64,000 nt of DNA, taken from IMG/VR virus record IMGVR_UViG_3300042400_000593. The stretch is one strand, 5' to 3'. Shown one piece after another: positions 44,771 through 56,395 of the stretch; position 1 is the first letter of the stretch; each line of letters begins with the position of its first letter. The notes under the pieces are model-generated. The model did no database searches, was not told where the DNA came from, and saw nothing but the letters and a program-made list of their open reading frames with translations. The stretch is from a virus (lineage: Duplodnaviria; Heunggongvirae; Uroviricota; Caudoviricetes). Both the position numbers and the translations under genes were made by a program.

Positions 44771-45217
44771 CTATTTAATTTGAATTTGTCGGGGTTGTAA
44801 TGCAGTTGGCATTAATCGTTCAATACCAATTGTAAGCATACCGTTTTCTACTTTAGCATCTTTAACTTCCATATATTCTGCAAGCGTAAAGGTTTGTTCA
44901 AAATCTCTAAATGCTAATCCTCGATGTAAGAATTCTTTTCTTTCATTTAGATCAGGATTGTATTTTTCGTTATTACGTTTTTTACCTGTTATAACGAGTA
45001 AATCTTGATTAACTTCGATGTTAATATCGTACTTAGTAAAACCAGCAACTGCTACTTCTATTTCGTAGTAAGTATCGTTGTATTTTACAATGTTGTGTGG
45101 TGGATAATTGTTAGCTGCGGTTGCTGTTAATACGTTTGAAAATAAAGTATCAAACCCTATTAGTGCTTTATTTAATAATGCTAATTCTGCATTGCTTATT
45201 GTTTTTAATTGTGACAT
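44771..45217 (-). CDS. Small heat-shock protein (IbpA/Hsp20)
   Basis: IGFD..F, NYPPHNI, IEVAVAGF, FLHRGLA.RDF...FTL, A..ENGML.I.+ER. Confidence 0.93.
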   Translation of the reverse strand: MSQLKTISNAELALLNKALIGFDTLFSNVLTATAANNYPPHNIVKYNDTYYEIEVAVAGFTKYDINIEVNQDLLVITGKKRNNEKYNPDLNERKEFLHRGLAFRDFEQTFTLAEYMEVKDAKVENGMLTIGIERLMPTALQPRQIQIK

Positions 45218-45326
45218 AAAAATCTCCTTATTGTAAGCGAGGACTATATAAACCCTTATGGCGTTTATTTGCGTATATAATAACACAGCTGTTAACAAAT
45301 GTCAACAGCTGTGTTTAAATTGTGTG

Positions 45327-46559
45327 TTACTCTTTTGGTTCTTCTGGAGTTACTTCAGTAAAATCTGCACTAACTGTTTCTTCAGTACTCGTTGCTTCAG
45401 TAGCAGCAGCTGCAGCAGCGTTGGCTGCATCGGCTTCTTGTTTTTTAGTAAATACCGGAGCTGCAGCTTCAAACAGTTTATTAGTTGCTTCAGTAATAGG
45501 TTCAACTTCTTCACCGTCTCTTGCAGTTTCTAATGCTAGTAACGCGTCTTCAAACGCAGTACGTTCTTCTTCAGTTAATTGATCTTTTACTTCGTCATAA
45601 TCTTTCTTCAATGAATGAGATTGTGCTTCTGCACTGTTACGTGCTTCAATTAATGACTTAGCTTTAGCATCTGCTTCTGCATTTTCCTCAGCTTCTTTAA
45701 CCATACGTTCAATCTCAGCATCTGTTAGTCCTGAATCAGATTTAATAGTAATTTTGTTCTCTTTGCCGGTAGTTTTATCTTTAGCACTTACATGCATAAT
45801 ACCGTTAGCATCAATATCAAAAGTTACTTCAATCTGTGGTTGACCGCGTGGAGCTGCGTCAATCCCTTCTAAGTTAAACTCACCAAGTTGTTTATTGTAA
45901 CGATACAATTCACGTTCACCTTGACCTACTTTAATAGTAACTGCAGGTTGATTATCTTCTGCTGTTGAGAATGTCTGGCTTGCTTTAGTTGGAATGGTTG
46001 TATTTTTCTGAATTAACTTAGTAAATACCCCGCCCATTGTTTCAATACCTAAACTTAATGGAGTAACGTCAAGTAACAATACGTCAGTTTTATCACCTGC
46101 TAATACTGCACCTTGGATAGCAGCACCTGCAGCAACAGCTTCATCTGGATTAACGTCTTTACGTGGTGCTTTTCCAAAGAATGCTTCAACAGCTTCTTGT
46201 ACTTTAGGCATACGTGTTTGACCACCTACTAAAATAACTTCGTCAATATCTGACAAACTAACTTTAGCATCAGCAATTGCAATTTTACATGGTTCGATTG
46301 AACGTTGTACTAAATCGTCTACTAATGCTTCAAACTTAGCACGAGTTACTGTTACGTTTAAGTGTTTCGGACCTGTGGCATCTGCAGTAACATATGGTAA
46401 GTTAACATTTGTTTGTGCAGTGCTTGACAATTCAATTTTAGCTTTTTCAGCAGCTTCTTTTAAACGTTGCAACGCCATTGTATCAGATTTAAGATCAACA
46501 CCTGAGTCTTTCTTAAATTCGTCAATCAAATGATCCATTAATCGTTGGTCAAAGTCTTC
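45327..46559 (-). CDS. dnaK: DnaK exon 2
   Basis: Begins [11 protein letters not shown], continuing exon 1 GDTFLGG; [35 protein letters not shown]. Confidence 0.93.
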   Translation of the reverse strand, partial: EDFDQRLMDHLIDEFKKDSGVDLKSDTMALQRLKEAAEKAKIELSSTAQTNVNLPYVTADATGPKHLNVTVTRAKFEALVDDLVQRSIEPCKIAIADAKVSLSDIDEVILVGGQTRMPKVQEAVEAFFGKAPRKDVNPDEAVAAGAAIQGAVLAGDKTDVLLLDVTPLSLGIETMGGVFTKLIQKNTTIPTKASQTFSTAEDNQPAVTIKVGQGERELYRYNKQLGEFNLEGIDAAPRGQPQIEVTFDIDANGIMHVSAKDKTTGKENKITIKSDSGLTDAEIERMVKEAEENAEADAKAKSLIEARNSAEAQSHSLKKDYDEVKDQLTEEERTAFEDALLALETARDGEEVEPITEATNKLFEAAAPVFTKKQEADAANAAAAAATEATSTEETVSADFTEVTPEEPKE

Positions 46560-47707
46560 CAGTTATGTTATCGTTAAGCTCTTTATCTTAACTTCTTATA
46601 CTTTCATATAAGCTCAGACTATATCTTAATTATAGACTTGCAATTATCAAAGTGCCATCGTTTCATATTTGACGAATCTCCAATTTTATTGCAATGTGGA
46701 CAAGTTACTTGTTGTCGTTTTTTATTTTGTTTATATCTTTTTCCAGCAGCTATACCAACTACCTCTTTAGAAATTAATCTAGGGTCATCTTTATTAACTG
46801 TAAATTTATTACCATTAATATCTTTAACAACTATCCGTCCTGCTGAAGTTGATGTATACTGCTTTGATAAAAATTTTTCATCAGTAACTGAAACCATAAT
46901 AATTTTACCAGTTTCATTAAACACTTTTGTTAACCCTTTTGTAATGCCTACTAACGATGTATCGTTTTTATTGTCAACTACTACAGTTTCGTTAGTTACG
47001 GTTTTCATAACTCGTCTACCGGTTGTGTGACCTGCATATCTATCAGGGTTTGCATCAAATGTACTTTTTGAAATTTTTACCACTGTACCTAATAAATTAT
47101 CTTTAGCTACTACTTTATCTATAGAGCATTTACGTATTCGTTCAATACCAAAGGATGAATGTGTAATTACTCCACGACCACCTTCTGTTAAATTATAAAC
47201 GTCGTCTCGTTTAATAAAGATCGAATCTACTAATTTAGCTTCATATTCATATGCATCATGTTTTGAATTGCAAAATTCTAATATGTCGCGTTTGAAATTA
47301 GTTTTTCCATATTTCTTTATTGCTTGTTTTAATAATTTTCCAGACCCTATATAGCCGTCGTTAATATTAGTAGTTTCATGTACACCAATATAAATGGTGT
47401 TATTAATTAAATTAGTTGTTTTGTAAACAAAATATATCTTATCCATATCTTCCCCTCCTATAATTTTATTTATCATAAGATTAGAAGATCTATAATTTTC
47501 CGCACTCTTGGGTCTTTACTGTCCTATCTGGACTCCATGACCTAGTCGTTGAACCTTGAACTTATTCCTAAGTCCCTTGGCTGCTGATTTCCCAATCTAT
47601 TCATTTTTTAACGTTCGCACTTATCATTACTAATTATGCTGTAGTATGAATAGCTCTAAGGGGTTCCCAGCAATTCACGGAATTTTTATACGGGAGGCTA
47701 ATACTTA
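46560..47707 (-). mobile_element. Group I intron in dnaK carrying a GIY-YIG endonuclease
   Basis: 5' exon ends GGU, IGS GCCUCC, P GAATTGCTGGGAA, Q AATCAGCAG, R GTTCAACGACTA, S AAGATATAGTCT, terminal G at 46560. Confidence 0.92.
46619..47446 (-). CDS. Intron-encoded GIY-YIG homing endonuclease
   Basis: FVYKTTN..NNTIYIGVH...YIGSG; stop TAG lies inside the intron S element. Confidence 0.9.
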   Translation of the reverse strand: MDKIYFVYKTTNLINNTIYIGVHETTNINDGYIGSGKLLKQAIKKYGKTNFKRDILEFCNSKHDAYEYEAKLVDSIFIKRDDVYNLTEGGRGVITHSSFGIERIRKCSIDKVVAKDNLLGTVVKISKSTFDANPDRYAGHTTGRRVMKTVTNETVVVDNKNDTSLVGITKGLTKVFNETGKIIMVSVTDEKFLSKQYTSTSAGRIVVKDINGNKFTVNKDDPRLISKEVVGIAAGKRYKQNKKRQQVTCPHCNKIGDSSNMKRWHFDNCKSIIKI

Positions 47708-48412
<705 letters not shown>

Positions 48413-48482
48413 TTATTGTAAGCGAGTTTTTAATTTGGACACCGTGTCCGTGTATTAAACCCTATTGGCATTTAATACGTTT

Positions 48483-48791
48483 TTATTTATCTTTTTGAAT
48501 AATTTCTGAATAATATTCATTAAAGAAATCTAATTTACATGTGAAAAATTCACCATTAATATCTTTAACAACATAATCGCCTTCTGTTGCAATATACTTT
48601 GCAGGTGGGGCTAAATTATGATTATGCTCTACAACTCCTATCTCCGCCCAACCCATTGCATAAGGTTGGCGATCTTTCCCATACTGAATTAGTTCTTCAC
48701 CAAGGAATTCTTTTAATTGTTCAATACCCTTATCAGAGTATTCAAATTGCATTGCTTGTACTACGTGTAGCTTGTTTGTATATTGTTTCAT
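48483..48791 (-). CDS. Conserved phage hypothetical protein
   Basis: V.AMQF...A.EGDYVVKD..GEFF.CK.DFF...Y. Confidence 0.7.
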   Translation of the reverse strand: MKQYTNKLHVVQAMQFEYSDKGIEQLKEFLGEELIQYGKDRQPYAMGWAEIGVVEHNHNLAPPAKYIATEGDYVVKDINGEFFTCKLDFFNEYYSEIIQKDK

Positions 48792-49015
48792 AATTTTTTA
48801 AACACCGGCATTTGATTTGTTATTTCTATAAACTTGTATTTATTTGGGTTCAAACGTTTTTTAATGTCGTTTACGAGATTGCTAATGCTTACTGGCATTC
48901 GTTCAATGTGTCGACCACTATTGTCTATAATCATGTACCACAATAACCCGACACCTGTATCAGCCGGAAATGATTCCAGCTGCGTTTTAAATAATGCATG
49001 ATATTTTAGTTTCAT
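48788..49015 (-). CDS. Hypothetical protein
   Basis: 75 aa, ATGA overlaps. Confidence 0.6.
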   Translation of the reverse strand: MKLKYHALFKTQLESFPADTGVGLLWYMIIDNSGRHIERMPVSISNLVNDIKKRLNPNKYKFIEITNQMPVFKKL

Positions 49016-49572
49016 TTGTATTTCTTAAATGGAGTAATGCCATGTTCCATTAGTACTTGTGATACATTCTGTACACCGATTGCTTGTGCTACAGCATCTT
49101 CTACAGCATTGTGAGCTGTTACTTGTGGCATTTTTGGATCAATGCCTAGATCAAACATTGTGCGTACATCGCGTATTGCCCAATACTTCCATGGAGCAGC
49201 TTTTTGTATACGATCAAAGTAAGTGTCACAGACTACAATATCAAATCCTGCACCATTTGACCAAAAGCAACTTGCACCCCAACAGAACTTGTAGAGTTGA
49301 GTAAATGCATCAGTTGCTGTTAGTCTACCTTCTTCACCAAACGCTTCTTCTTGTGCTTCTGGTGATTGTTTAGCCCACCATTCAATAGTGTTATCGTCAA
49401 TGTGTAGGTCTAAGTCTGCACAACTGTCTAAGTCTATTTTAATATATAGCTTATCTTTTTCTTCAATCGGGTCGTTTCCGAGCGGATCAAATCTAACTGC
49501 ACCGAGAGTTAAGATCGTTGCATTTGTTCTAGTTGACAAAGTTTCCAAATCTAGCATCACGTGGTTTTTCAT
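49012..49572 (-). CDS. DEDD 3'-5' exonuclease (DexA/Rv2179c-like)
   Basis: MLDLETL, WSNGAGFD, RDVRT, HNAVEDA. Confidence 0.9.
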   Translation of the reverse strand: MKNHVMLDLETLSTRTNATILTLGAVRFDPLGNDPIEEKDKLYIKIDLDSCADLDLHIDDNTIEWWAKQSPEAQEEAFGEEGRLTATDAFTQLYKFCWGASCFWSNGAGFDIVVCDTYFDRIQKAAPWKYWAIRDVRTMFDLGIDPKMPQVTAHNAVEDAVAQAIGVQNVSQVLMEHGITPFKKYK

Positions 49573-49895
49573 TTCTTACCTTTTTCTAATACTTGTTTAC
49601 GTTTTGCATCTGCCTTAGCTTTTAAGGTAGCGCGGAATCTTTCATATTTAAGTTGTAATGGAGATTTACAAACTTCCATTAGTGATACTGCTTCAGTACA
49701 CTTACCGTTAGTCTTACGTATAGTAGACTTACCTTGTTTACTCTTTGGTATATCATAATCAATAGGAGCTATTACATCAGGTAACGGCTGTACTGGATTA
49801 GCTGCTGCATATTTCTCAAGCATAGGAGTAATGTCAATATCGTCATTGGCATACGCGGTACTTACTAATAATAAAACCAAAAAGTATTTTTTCAT
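49569..49895 (-). CDS. Secreted hypothetical protein
   Basis: Signal peptide MKKYFLVLLLVSTAYA. Confidence 0.65.
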   Translation of the reverse strand: MKKYFLVLLLVSTAYANDDIDITPMLEKYAAANPVQPLPDVIAPIDYDIPKSKQGKSTIRKTNGKCTEAVSLMEVCKSPLQLKYERFRATLKAKADAKRKQVLEKGKK

Positions 49896-49898
49896 AAA

Positions 49899-50258
49899 TC
49901 ACCAAGTAATAGTTAATTTGAATGCGTGATCAAATTGCGGAGAATCATGTCCCTCGGCTCGTAAATGGTAACCGTATTCGTCAAGATCGTCTACTAATTT
50001 TGCCATCATTGGTTCAGTAAACCAAGTAGCAACAGATGGCTGATAATACCAATCAACGTCAGGCTCTCTAGTTGGGTTGTATTGTCTAGGACTAAACAAG
50101 CCTTTATTTTCTTTTATTTTATCGTACATTACTACAGTTAATACACGATCAAGTCTAGTAGCCTGATCGGACCGTAGTTTGCGGTCTAAATCGTTAATGA
50201 ACAAGTATGCTGCATGATCTTGTTTTGTGTATTTTTGTAGCTTTCGTGAGTCTATCAT
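49899..50258 (-). CDS. Hypothetical protein
   Basis: 119 aa; TAATG coupling. Confidence 0.65.
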   Translation of the reverse strand: MIDSRKLQKYTKQDHAAYLFINDLDRKLRSDQATRLDRVLTVVMYDKIKENKGLFSPRQYNPTREPDVDWYYQPSVATWFTEPMMAKLVDDLDEYGYHLRAEGHDSPQFDHAFKLTITW

Positions 50259-50746
50259 TATTCCTCCCATACGTTTGGTAATCTGCTTTTGTTACGGATT
50301 GCAGTATAAATGTTGATATTCTCGTTATCTGCAAAGTGAATTAGTTTGTTAATTATATCTGTACCAACTAAGAAGTCAGCACAGTCAATAACAAGTATGT
50401 TTGGCTTAACTGCTAAATCAACACCTTTGTAAAGTTCAAATAAGTAAGGAACCATTTCACCATTGTAAATCTCATGTGTAGATTTTACTGCTACACTCAT
50501 TAAGCTTTCAATAATATGAATGTTTTCAACATTTGAATTTGCGTCATTGAATCGTTTTTTAATTGCATCTTCATGCATTTCCATACTAAGAAACACTACT
50601 GTGTTACCTCTTAGTGATTCGTGTGCAGCTGCATTAACAAGTAATTGAGTAATGCCTCTTTCTTTTTTTGAAAAGTCATAGACCATAACTTTGTTGCGTG
50701 ATTCTACACCATTGTTCATAGATCTAAATGAAACTTTTTGTATCAT
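50258..50746 (-). CDS. Degenerate DnaB/RecA-like domain lacking Walker A
   Basis: VVFLSMEM.E..I..RF, LVID..D. Confidence 0.5.
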   Translation of the reverse strand: MIQKVSFRSMNNGVESRNKVMVYDFSKKERGITQLLVNAAAHESLRGNTVVFLSMEMHEDAIKKRFNDANSNVENIHIIESLMSVAVKSTHEIYNGEMVPYLFELYKGVDLAVKPNILVIDCADFLVGTDIINKLIHFADNENINIYTAIRNKSRLPNVWEE

Positions 50747-50795
50747 GTGGACTCCTAAGTTAAAAATAATATTATACTATATTTTGTATACGATG

Positions 50796-50957
50796 TCAAA
50801 CCTTATGAAACACAATTAATAGAGAAAATGCAACTAATCCAGCTGCAACTAGAGAACCCCCGATAATAGGATTAAAACCAGCAAGTAAAAGAATAATACC
50901 AATAAATGATATTAAGTTAAAGAATGTACTAAGCGTAAAATCAGTCATAACGCTCAT
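50796..50957 (-). CDS. Small two-TM membrane protein
   Basis: MSVMTDFTLSTFFNLISFIGIILL... Confidence 0.5.
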   Translation of the reverse strand: MSVMTDFTLSTFFNLISFIGIILLLAGFNPIIGGSLVAAGLVAFSLLIVFHKV

Positions 50958-51234
50958 GTTTATACCTCGAGTGTTTACGGCTACGCACCCATAGCCAAAA
51001 GTTGTGTAAGTAAATGCTTGATACAATACCACATGCACCGCCTAGTACAAATACTATACTTTCGTAAGTAGATGCAGTTGGTGCTAATTTAAATAAAACT
51101 AGTTGGCAAGTACCAAGCATTAGTGATGTAATAAATGCAGTTAGAACATGTTTGTCGCGTACAATTTGAGATTGAAATCCTAACAGCAGTACTGAACAAT
51201 ACGATGAGAAAAACAGCATCAATAACGTTTCCAT
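50941..51234 (-). CDS. Small multi-TM membrane protein
   Basis: Three hydrophobic segments. Confidence 0.65.
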   Translation of the reverse strand: METLLMLFFSSYCSVLLLGFQSQIVRDKHVLTAFITSLMLGTCQLVLFKLAPTASTYESIVFVLGGACGIVSSIYLHNFWLWVRSRKHSRYKHERYD

Positions 51235-51461
51235 TATGCAGCTGCCTTTTTACGTGCTTTAATAATTTTCTTAGCACGCCATCCGATATCAAACCAATAT
51301 CGTGCAGTCATAAATGGAGAGTTACGTTCAAGTGCAGTTTCATCCATTGAAATTAATTGATGATTGCAGATGCTTTTAAAATACTTCCACTGTTTATCAG
51401 TAAGTGGACCTTGTAGTTGTTTGTTAAGTGCTTTTTCTAAATCTTTTTTCATTATATGCAC
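51234..51461 (-). CDS. Small hypothetical protein
   Basis: 75 aa, coupled to neighbours. Confidence 0.55.
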   Translation of the reverse strand: MHIMKKDLEKALNKQLQGPLTDKQWKYFKSICNHQLISMDETALERNSPFMTARYWFDIGWRAKKIIKARKKAAA

Positions 51462-52546
51462 TCCCGTGAATATTCGTGTAAATGGTTGTTTAAAAAGTAT
51501 TTGGCATACGCAGGTTCTTGACCTTTAAACTTCATCATCAGTAGCCAAAATAGTGGATGATTATTGTACGTTAACGCAAACTCTTTAAATTGTCCAGTTT
51601 CAATACCGCAAGTATTAACAGTAGTGTTTACGTCTTCAATGATTTCAGATAATGTTTCGTTTACGCGTGATTCAATTTCTACCACTTTATCAAACAAATC
51701 AAAATCTTCAACTGTAGTACAATATGCTTTGAAGTCATCAAGTGTTTCGTCAAAGATCATTTCAACTATGTTTTTCTCTGTAGTAAATGTTACGTTACGA
51801 TGTAACGACATATACCACAAAGTTTTCATTTTAATCATTTCGCCAGTATGGAACTGAATTACAAAACCTTCAAACGCAGTTAGCGTGTTGATTTTATCTT
51901 TGTAGTCTTCAATGTTAGACCATAAGTTAGTACCAACTATAGGCACATTCCATGCAGAACCTAACGCTTCAATTTCTCCGCGTGTGATATAGTTACCTGA
52001 CTCATTGTGTCGTACTGCTAGTAGGGTAAGTTCAGATTCTTTGTATGCTACTACAATACGATTTAAAGGAGAAGTTAATTCAAAGATTGGCGTACAATCT
52101 AATTGACATAACTCTTTTGACATTTCATATTGCGGAGTACCTGGCCCAAATGTGTTATTAGCGTGTATTGCTTCATCAGATGTGTAAGTACGTTTAGTTT
52201 TGAACTTGATAGTACCATCTGGAAAAAGCACAGGAGATATCATTGAGCCATCGCGTTTATCCATTACAGATTCAACGTTATTCCAATCTAAGTTAGATTC
52301 TAAAGTAGCTTCTTTTTCACCTAAGTTAAAAAACTTGTGAAATGGACGTGAAACTAGTTTGCCGTTTTTATCAAATGTAATACCACGACACTCACGCGCA
52401 TATGGATTGTCAAATACTTTACTATCTAAAATATAGTAAGACGCAACTGTATAACCATCCTCATTAGTTTTAAACTCAATGCCAGGTATTTCACCTACAT
52501 TAGCTTTAAAATCATCTAAGTTAGTTATAGTTGGAAACATGCTCAT
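51452..52546 (-). CDS. RNA ligase 1 (T4 RnlA family)
   Basis: RECRGITF, RPFHKFFNLGE, motif I DKRDGS, FELTSP.NRIVV.Y, EGFVI, IKMKT. Confidence 0.92.
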   Translation of the reverse strand: MSMFPTITNLDDFKANVGEIPGIEFKTNEDGYTVASYYILDSKVFDNPYARECRGITFDKNGKLVSRPFHKFFNLGEKEATLESNLDWNNVESVMDKRDGSMISPVLFPDGTIKFKTKRTYTSDEAIHANNTFGPGTPQYEMSKELCQLDCTPIFELTSPLNRIVVAYKESELTLLAVRHNESGNYITRGEIEALGSAWNVPIVGTNLWSNIEDYKDKINTLTAFEGFVIQFHTGEMIKMKTLWYMSLHRNVTFTTEKNIVEMIFDETLDDFKAYCTTVEDFDLFDKVVEIESRVNETLSEIIEDVNTTVNTCGIETGQFKEFALTYNNHPLFWLLMMKFKGQEPAYAKYFLNNHLHEYSRECI

Positions 52547-53091
52547 TCATCCTCCTCATTATTATTTAAAAATTTACCTTCAAGTATTTCGTCAATGAAT
52601 ACTTCTAATTTTGCACCTTTTCTAAACTCATCAATTTTAGGATGCAATGAACTAAACATACGTATACGGTTATCAGTGTCTGGTTCTAGTGATTGTTTGT
52701 AATCATAAATGATAGATCTAATCCGTTTTAATTTAAGTTCTGCAAGTTTAAGTTTTGGATTAAGTTCTGTTTTAACTATTGCAGTTAGTAGTTGTGCAAC
52801 AAACTCTGGTCTTTCTTTAAGAGTTGCAAATGTTGTTGTTGTTATTCGCTTTACTTCTTCTTCTGTTTGCGCTTTAACTGCATCAATAAATATGTTGTCA
52901 ATTATAATAAGTCCGTACCATTCCTTAGTTGGCCATGAATCTTCAATTAAGTAGTAAGTGCCTGTTGGACCGTCAAAGTTGCCTTCGTAGTTAGGAACAG
53001 TGTCACCTAACTGAAAACTGCTTAAATTGTTATCAAGAGCTTTTGTTTGTACTTCAACGCCTCTCACGTAAAATGAATCAAACATTCCCAT
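52543..53091 (-). CDS. Hypothetical protein
   Basis: MGMFDS...VQTK.LD..L. Confidence 0.7.
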   Translation of the reverse strand: MGMFDSFYVRGVEVQTKALDNNLSSFQLGDTVPNYEGNFDGPTGTYYLIEDSWPTKEWYGLIIIDNIFIDAVKAQTEEEVKRITTTTFATLKERPEFVAQLLTAIVKTELNPKLKLAELKLKRIRSIIYDYKQSLEPDTDNRIRMFSSLHPKIDEFRKGAKLEVFIDEILEGKFLNNNEEDE

Positions 53092-53279
53092 TATTCTTTT
53101 CCTGATAGTATAGTTAAAAGTGTAATTATAAGCGGTATTGATATTGATGCTATTATAATTAATATGTCTGTGTACATAAATGAACTCCTTATGTTTTGTA
53201 TATTATAGCAAATAGTTGCAAGAAATGCAAGAGATAAAAAAGCCGCTTGTATAAGCGGCTTGTTTTATACTAATTTATA

Positions 53280-55628
53280 TTATGCTTTAGTTTGCCATGT
53301 ATTAGGTAACGCTATAAATCCACTATCAATTGCAGTTGATCTATAAGAGTTAGCAGTAAATACGTTACCGGCGTGGTACACAATTCCTCCTAGTGGACCT
53401 TGTACGGCATAACCTGTTCCTGCAGGAACAGTAATTATATTGTTTCCTAATGTAACAGTACCGCCTGCATCATTTATTAAAATACCAGTACTATTAGCTT
53501 TTGCATTAGTTATTGCGCTATTAGTAATAGTTAATGAGCCTGTGCCATACGTTTCACAGACAATATCACCATTAGCATCTAGTTCAGAACTATCAATTGT
53601 TAGTACCGATCCGCTGCGAACTGCAGCAACTTGAGTAGTACCAGTAGTTTCGATATCAGTTACATAACAGTTTCCAGTTATAACATTAATACAATATACA
53701 TCACCAGTACCACTGTGTGCCATATGAGCAGTGTTTACGTGTACAGTAGAACCGGTTCCGGAATTGTTAACAACGATGCCAGTTCCAGTTCCGCTAACAT
53801 CTAACCACAAATCTCTCATAAACAATTTTTGTGGAGCAGTACCTGTAAAATTAATACAATGGTTATTACCTTCAGCTGCAATTCGTAAATTACTAATAGA
53901 ATAGTGATTTGATACTGTTGTACCAGTACTAGATGTTACAGTAACAGTTCCTGCAAGTAGTGGCGAACCGTGTGTACCTGTTCCTAAACTTGTTAAGAAT
54001 ACACCGGGTCTTAATGTAATATTTTCTGCAGTGTTATTCATTAATATAACAGTAGCCATAAAACTATCGTTAAACCCTGCTGCTACTGCTGCATCAAATG
54101 CTGCAGTGATTGTGTTATATGGACTTGTAAATGTGCCAGTACGAGTATATGTTCCGCTAGTTCTAGTAGGATCAACAAAGAACACGTTAGATGCAACATC
54201 ACGGAATGCAGTAGTTTGTATAGTAGTGTCAGGGAACGTTAATTGACCGCTTGAATTAAATTGCCATTGACTTGTTATACCACTGTTAACAATTACTTTG
54301 CCGTAGGTGTTATCTTTAACATTACGTCCACCGTTTATATAAATATCGCCAGGAAGTTTACCTATAGAATCGTTAGTATTTGGTAAATTTGAACCACGAA
54401 TAAACAATGGTGCTGCAGCATTATTGGGTGTGAGATAATCATTAGTAAACGGTTGAACTACTATACCATCGTCGTAGTAAATATATAATTCTGGACCAGT
54501 ACCGCCTGTGTTGTGTGATGGGTGCAATCCAATACCGTGATTAGCATGTATATAGTTTGGAGAAGTATCAATGAATGTAGAACCTGGTAATTTTAATTTA
54601 CCATCTGTGCCAAATTTCCACTGATGTGTATTTAAATTAGTTCCAACAACAACATTACCTGCATTTTTCTCAATCTTAACATATTGGTCGTCATCACCTA
54701 AATACATGTCAACAGTAGTTGGATTACCAGCTACTAAATGTACGTGATTGTTTTCAGAACTTGCTGAGCCATTTAATGTAACTGTAATCTCAGGCAACTG
54801 TTCAACATAAATTCCGCCAGGTCCTGGAAACCCAGTTCCGCCAGTTAGATCAAATGTAAATGTAGTCATACTGCTTTGTACAGGTATTGTCCAAGTTACT
54901 GCTTTTGTAGACTCTGAACTAAATGTTAGTGTACCAGTTGTTGCACGTCCTAATTGTTCAGTAGTAGCCCCAGTGATTGTATAGTACAATTCACCACTAT
55001 CGCTGCCAAATTGAGTTGATACCGTTATTGTTATAGATTCACCCGGAACAAATCCACTTAGATGATCTGTTGATATAGTAAATTGTCCAGCAGTTGGACG
55101 AATAACTAAACTTTGACCAGCTGCTGCAGTAGGTGGAGCAAATGCTATAGTATTAGATGTTTCACCTACACTGCCACCTTTTGGTAATGTTAAGTTACCA
55201 TTAGTACCAAATGCCCATTGATGAGAATTAGCTTGTAATGTTAATGCACAGTTAGCATCTGCAGATAATTTTATGCTACCGTCAATATTAAGATCTAAAT
55301 TCCCACTCCAACCTGTAAGATGATTTCCGTCTGTAGCAATATTACCAGGAAATGTCACAACGCCTGATGAATTTAAAGATACTGTATGTAATCCGTTTAC
55401 TAACTCATTAGTAGCACCAGCCGGTCCAACATTACCTTGTGGTCCAACATCACCTTGTGGTCCAATATCCCCAACAAAGAATGATAATGCAGACCAAGTT
55501 GATGTGCCGTTGCCAATTTTAATTTTGTCTAATGTAGTATCTAAGCCAAGTTCGCCTTCGCTTAGAATAGGATTTACTGCCGTCCAGTTTGTAGTAGTAT
55601 CCCTTCTTATTTGTATTTTATTTGCCAT
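53280..55628 (-). CDS. Tail fibre / receptor-binding protein (Mtd-like N-terminus, short collagen-like stretch)
   Basis: IQIRRDT..NW...NPIL.EGELG.DT...KIKIGNG...W; GPQGDVGPQGNVGPAG; W.F...G.LT.P repeats. Confidence 0.85.
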   Translation of the reverse strand: MANKIQIRRDTTTNWTAVNPILSEGELGLDTTLDKIKIGNGTSTWSALSFFVGDIGPQGDVGPQGNVGPAGATNELVNGLHTVSLNSSGVVTFPGNIATDGNHLTGWSGNLDLNIDGSIKLSADANCALTLQANSHQWAFGTNGNLTLPKGGSVGETSNTIAFAPPTAAAGQSLVIRPTAGQFTISTDHLSGFVPGESITITVSTQFGSDSGELYYTITGATTEQLGRATTGTLTFSSESTKAVTWTIPVQSSMTTFTFDLTGGTGFPGPGGIYVEQLPEITVTLNGSASSENNHVHLVAGNPTTVDMYLGDDDQYVKIEKNAGNVVVGTNLNTHQWKFGTDGKLKLPGSTFIDTSPNYIHANHGIGLHPSHNTGGTGPELYIYYDDGIVVQPFTNDYLTPNNAAAPLFIRGSNLPNTNDSIGKLPGDIYINGGRNVKDNTYGKVIVNSGITSQWQFNSSGQLTFPDTTIQTTAFRDVASNVFFVDPTRTSGTYTRTGTFTSPYNTITAAFDAAVAAGFNDSFMATVILMNNTAENITLRPGVFLTSLGTGTHGSPLLAGTVTVTSSTGTTVSNHYSISNLRIAAEGNNHCINFTGTAPQKLFMRDLWLDVSGTGTGIVVNNSGTGSTVHVNTAHMAHSGTGDVYCINVITGNCYVTDIETTGTTQVAAVRSGSVLTIDSSELDANGDIVCETYGTGSLTITNSAITNAKANSTGILINDAGGTVTLGNNIITVPAGTGYAVQGPLGGIVYHAGNVFTANSYRSTAIDSGFIALPNTWQTKA

Positions 55629-55987
55629 TATGCGGCTCCTCCGTTGATTAGCATATCTGTAAATGATGATGTAGCAGAATTGCCACCGTCAAAAATTAGA
55701 TCCTCAAACACTGTAGATGCATATCCGTTATCTACATTTGCAGATGTATTATATAAATCAAGTGCATTATTTGGGTCGTCATAAGTAGCAGTTAAACCAA
55801 GCAGAGTACCGTTGGCTATCATTTCTGCTATTGTGTCTTGTATAAGTTCTTTTAGATTGGCAGATGATCCGCCAGTGAATGTGTACAATTCCTCAAAGTT
55901 AGCATTAACTTTATTAAACGCGGCGAATAAACTATCACCACTTCTGTCGTTTGGAACTGTACCTGTTTTAATAATTAATCGTGACAT
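55628..55987 (-). CDS. Small baseplate/fibre-associated structural protein
   Basis: GTVPNDRSGDSL..AF.KVNANFEELY resembles the T4 gp9/gp10-type N-terminal motif. Confidence 0.75.
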   Translation of the reverse strand: MSRLIIKTGTVPNDRSGDSLFAAFNKVNANFEELYTFTGGSSANLKELIQDTIAEMIANGTLLGLTATYDDPNNALDLYNTSANVDNGYASTVFEDLIFDGGNSATSSFTDMLINGGAA

Positions 55988-56118
55988 AAATGATCCTCAT
56001 TCTAATATTTATCGTAAAATGAGGATCATTAAGGTTACATTATTAAATATGTCTAAATAATGCATTGCACAATTGTTTAGAACTGATAGTTAAAGGTATT
56101 ACTACCCTTTTAAATTTG

Positions 56119-56394
56119 TTATACTTCTGTAATAGGTTCTTCTACTACTGCATTAGATTCTTCACTAGCGGTTTTTTGTGCTAGTAATTCTGCTGCTGCT
56201 AGTAATTCTTCCTCTGTGGGAACAATTTGTTTTTTTTGTAAAACGTTAATTTCCATATTAGTTCCAATATATTTTATACCATTAAATTCTGTTGCATACA
56301 TAGCACATGGAATTTTTTCTAATTCTTTTGTTGTTACATCTGCATAGATAAATGGTGAGTCTGAAAGAAATTCTTTTAATTGTGTATAGTTCAT
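56119..56394 (-). CDS. Hypothetical protein
   Basis: 91 aa in structural cluster. Confidence 0.65.
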   Translation of the reverse strand: MNYTQLKEFLSDSPFIYADVTTKELEKIPCAMYATEFNGIKYIGTNMEINVLQKKQIVPTEEELLAAAELLAQKTASEESNAVVEEPITEV

Positions 56395-56395
56395 A

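Noticed and set aside
50258-50746. Functional DnaB helicase
   Set aside because: Only 162 aa and lacks Walker A; at most a degenerate fragment
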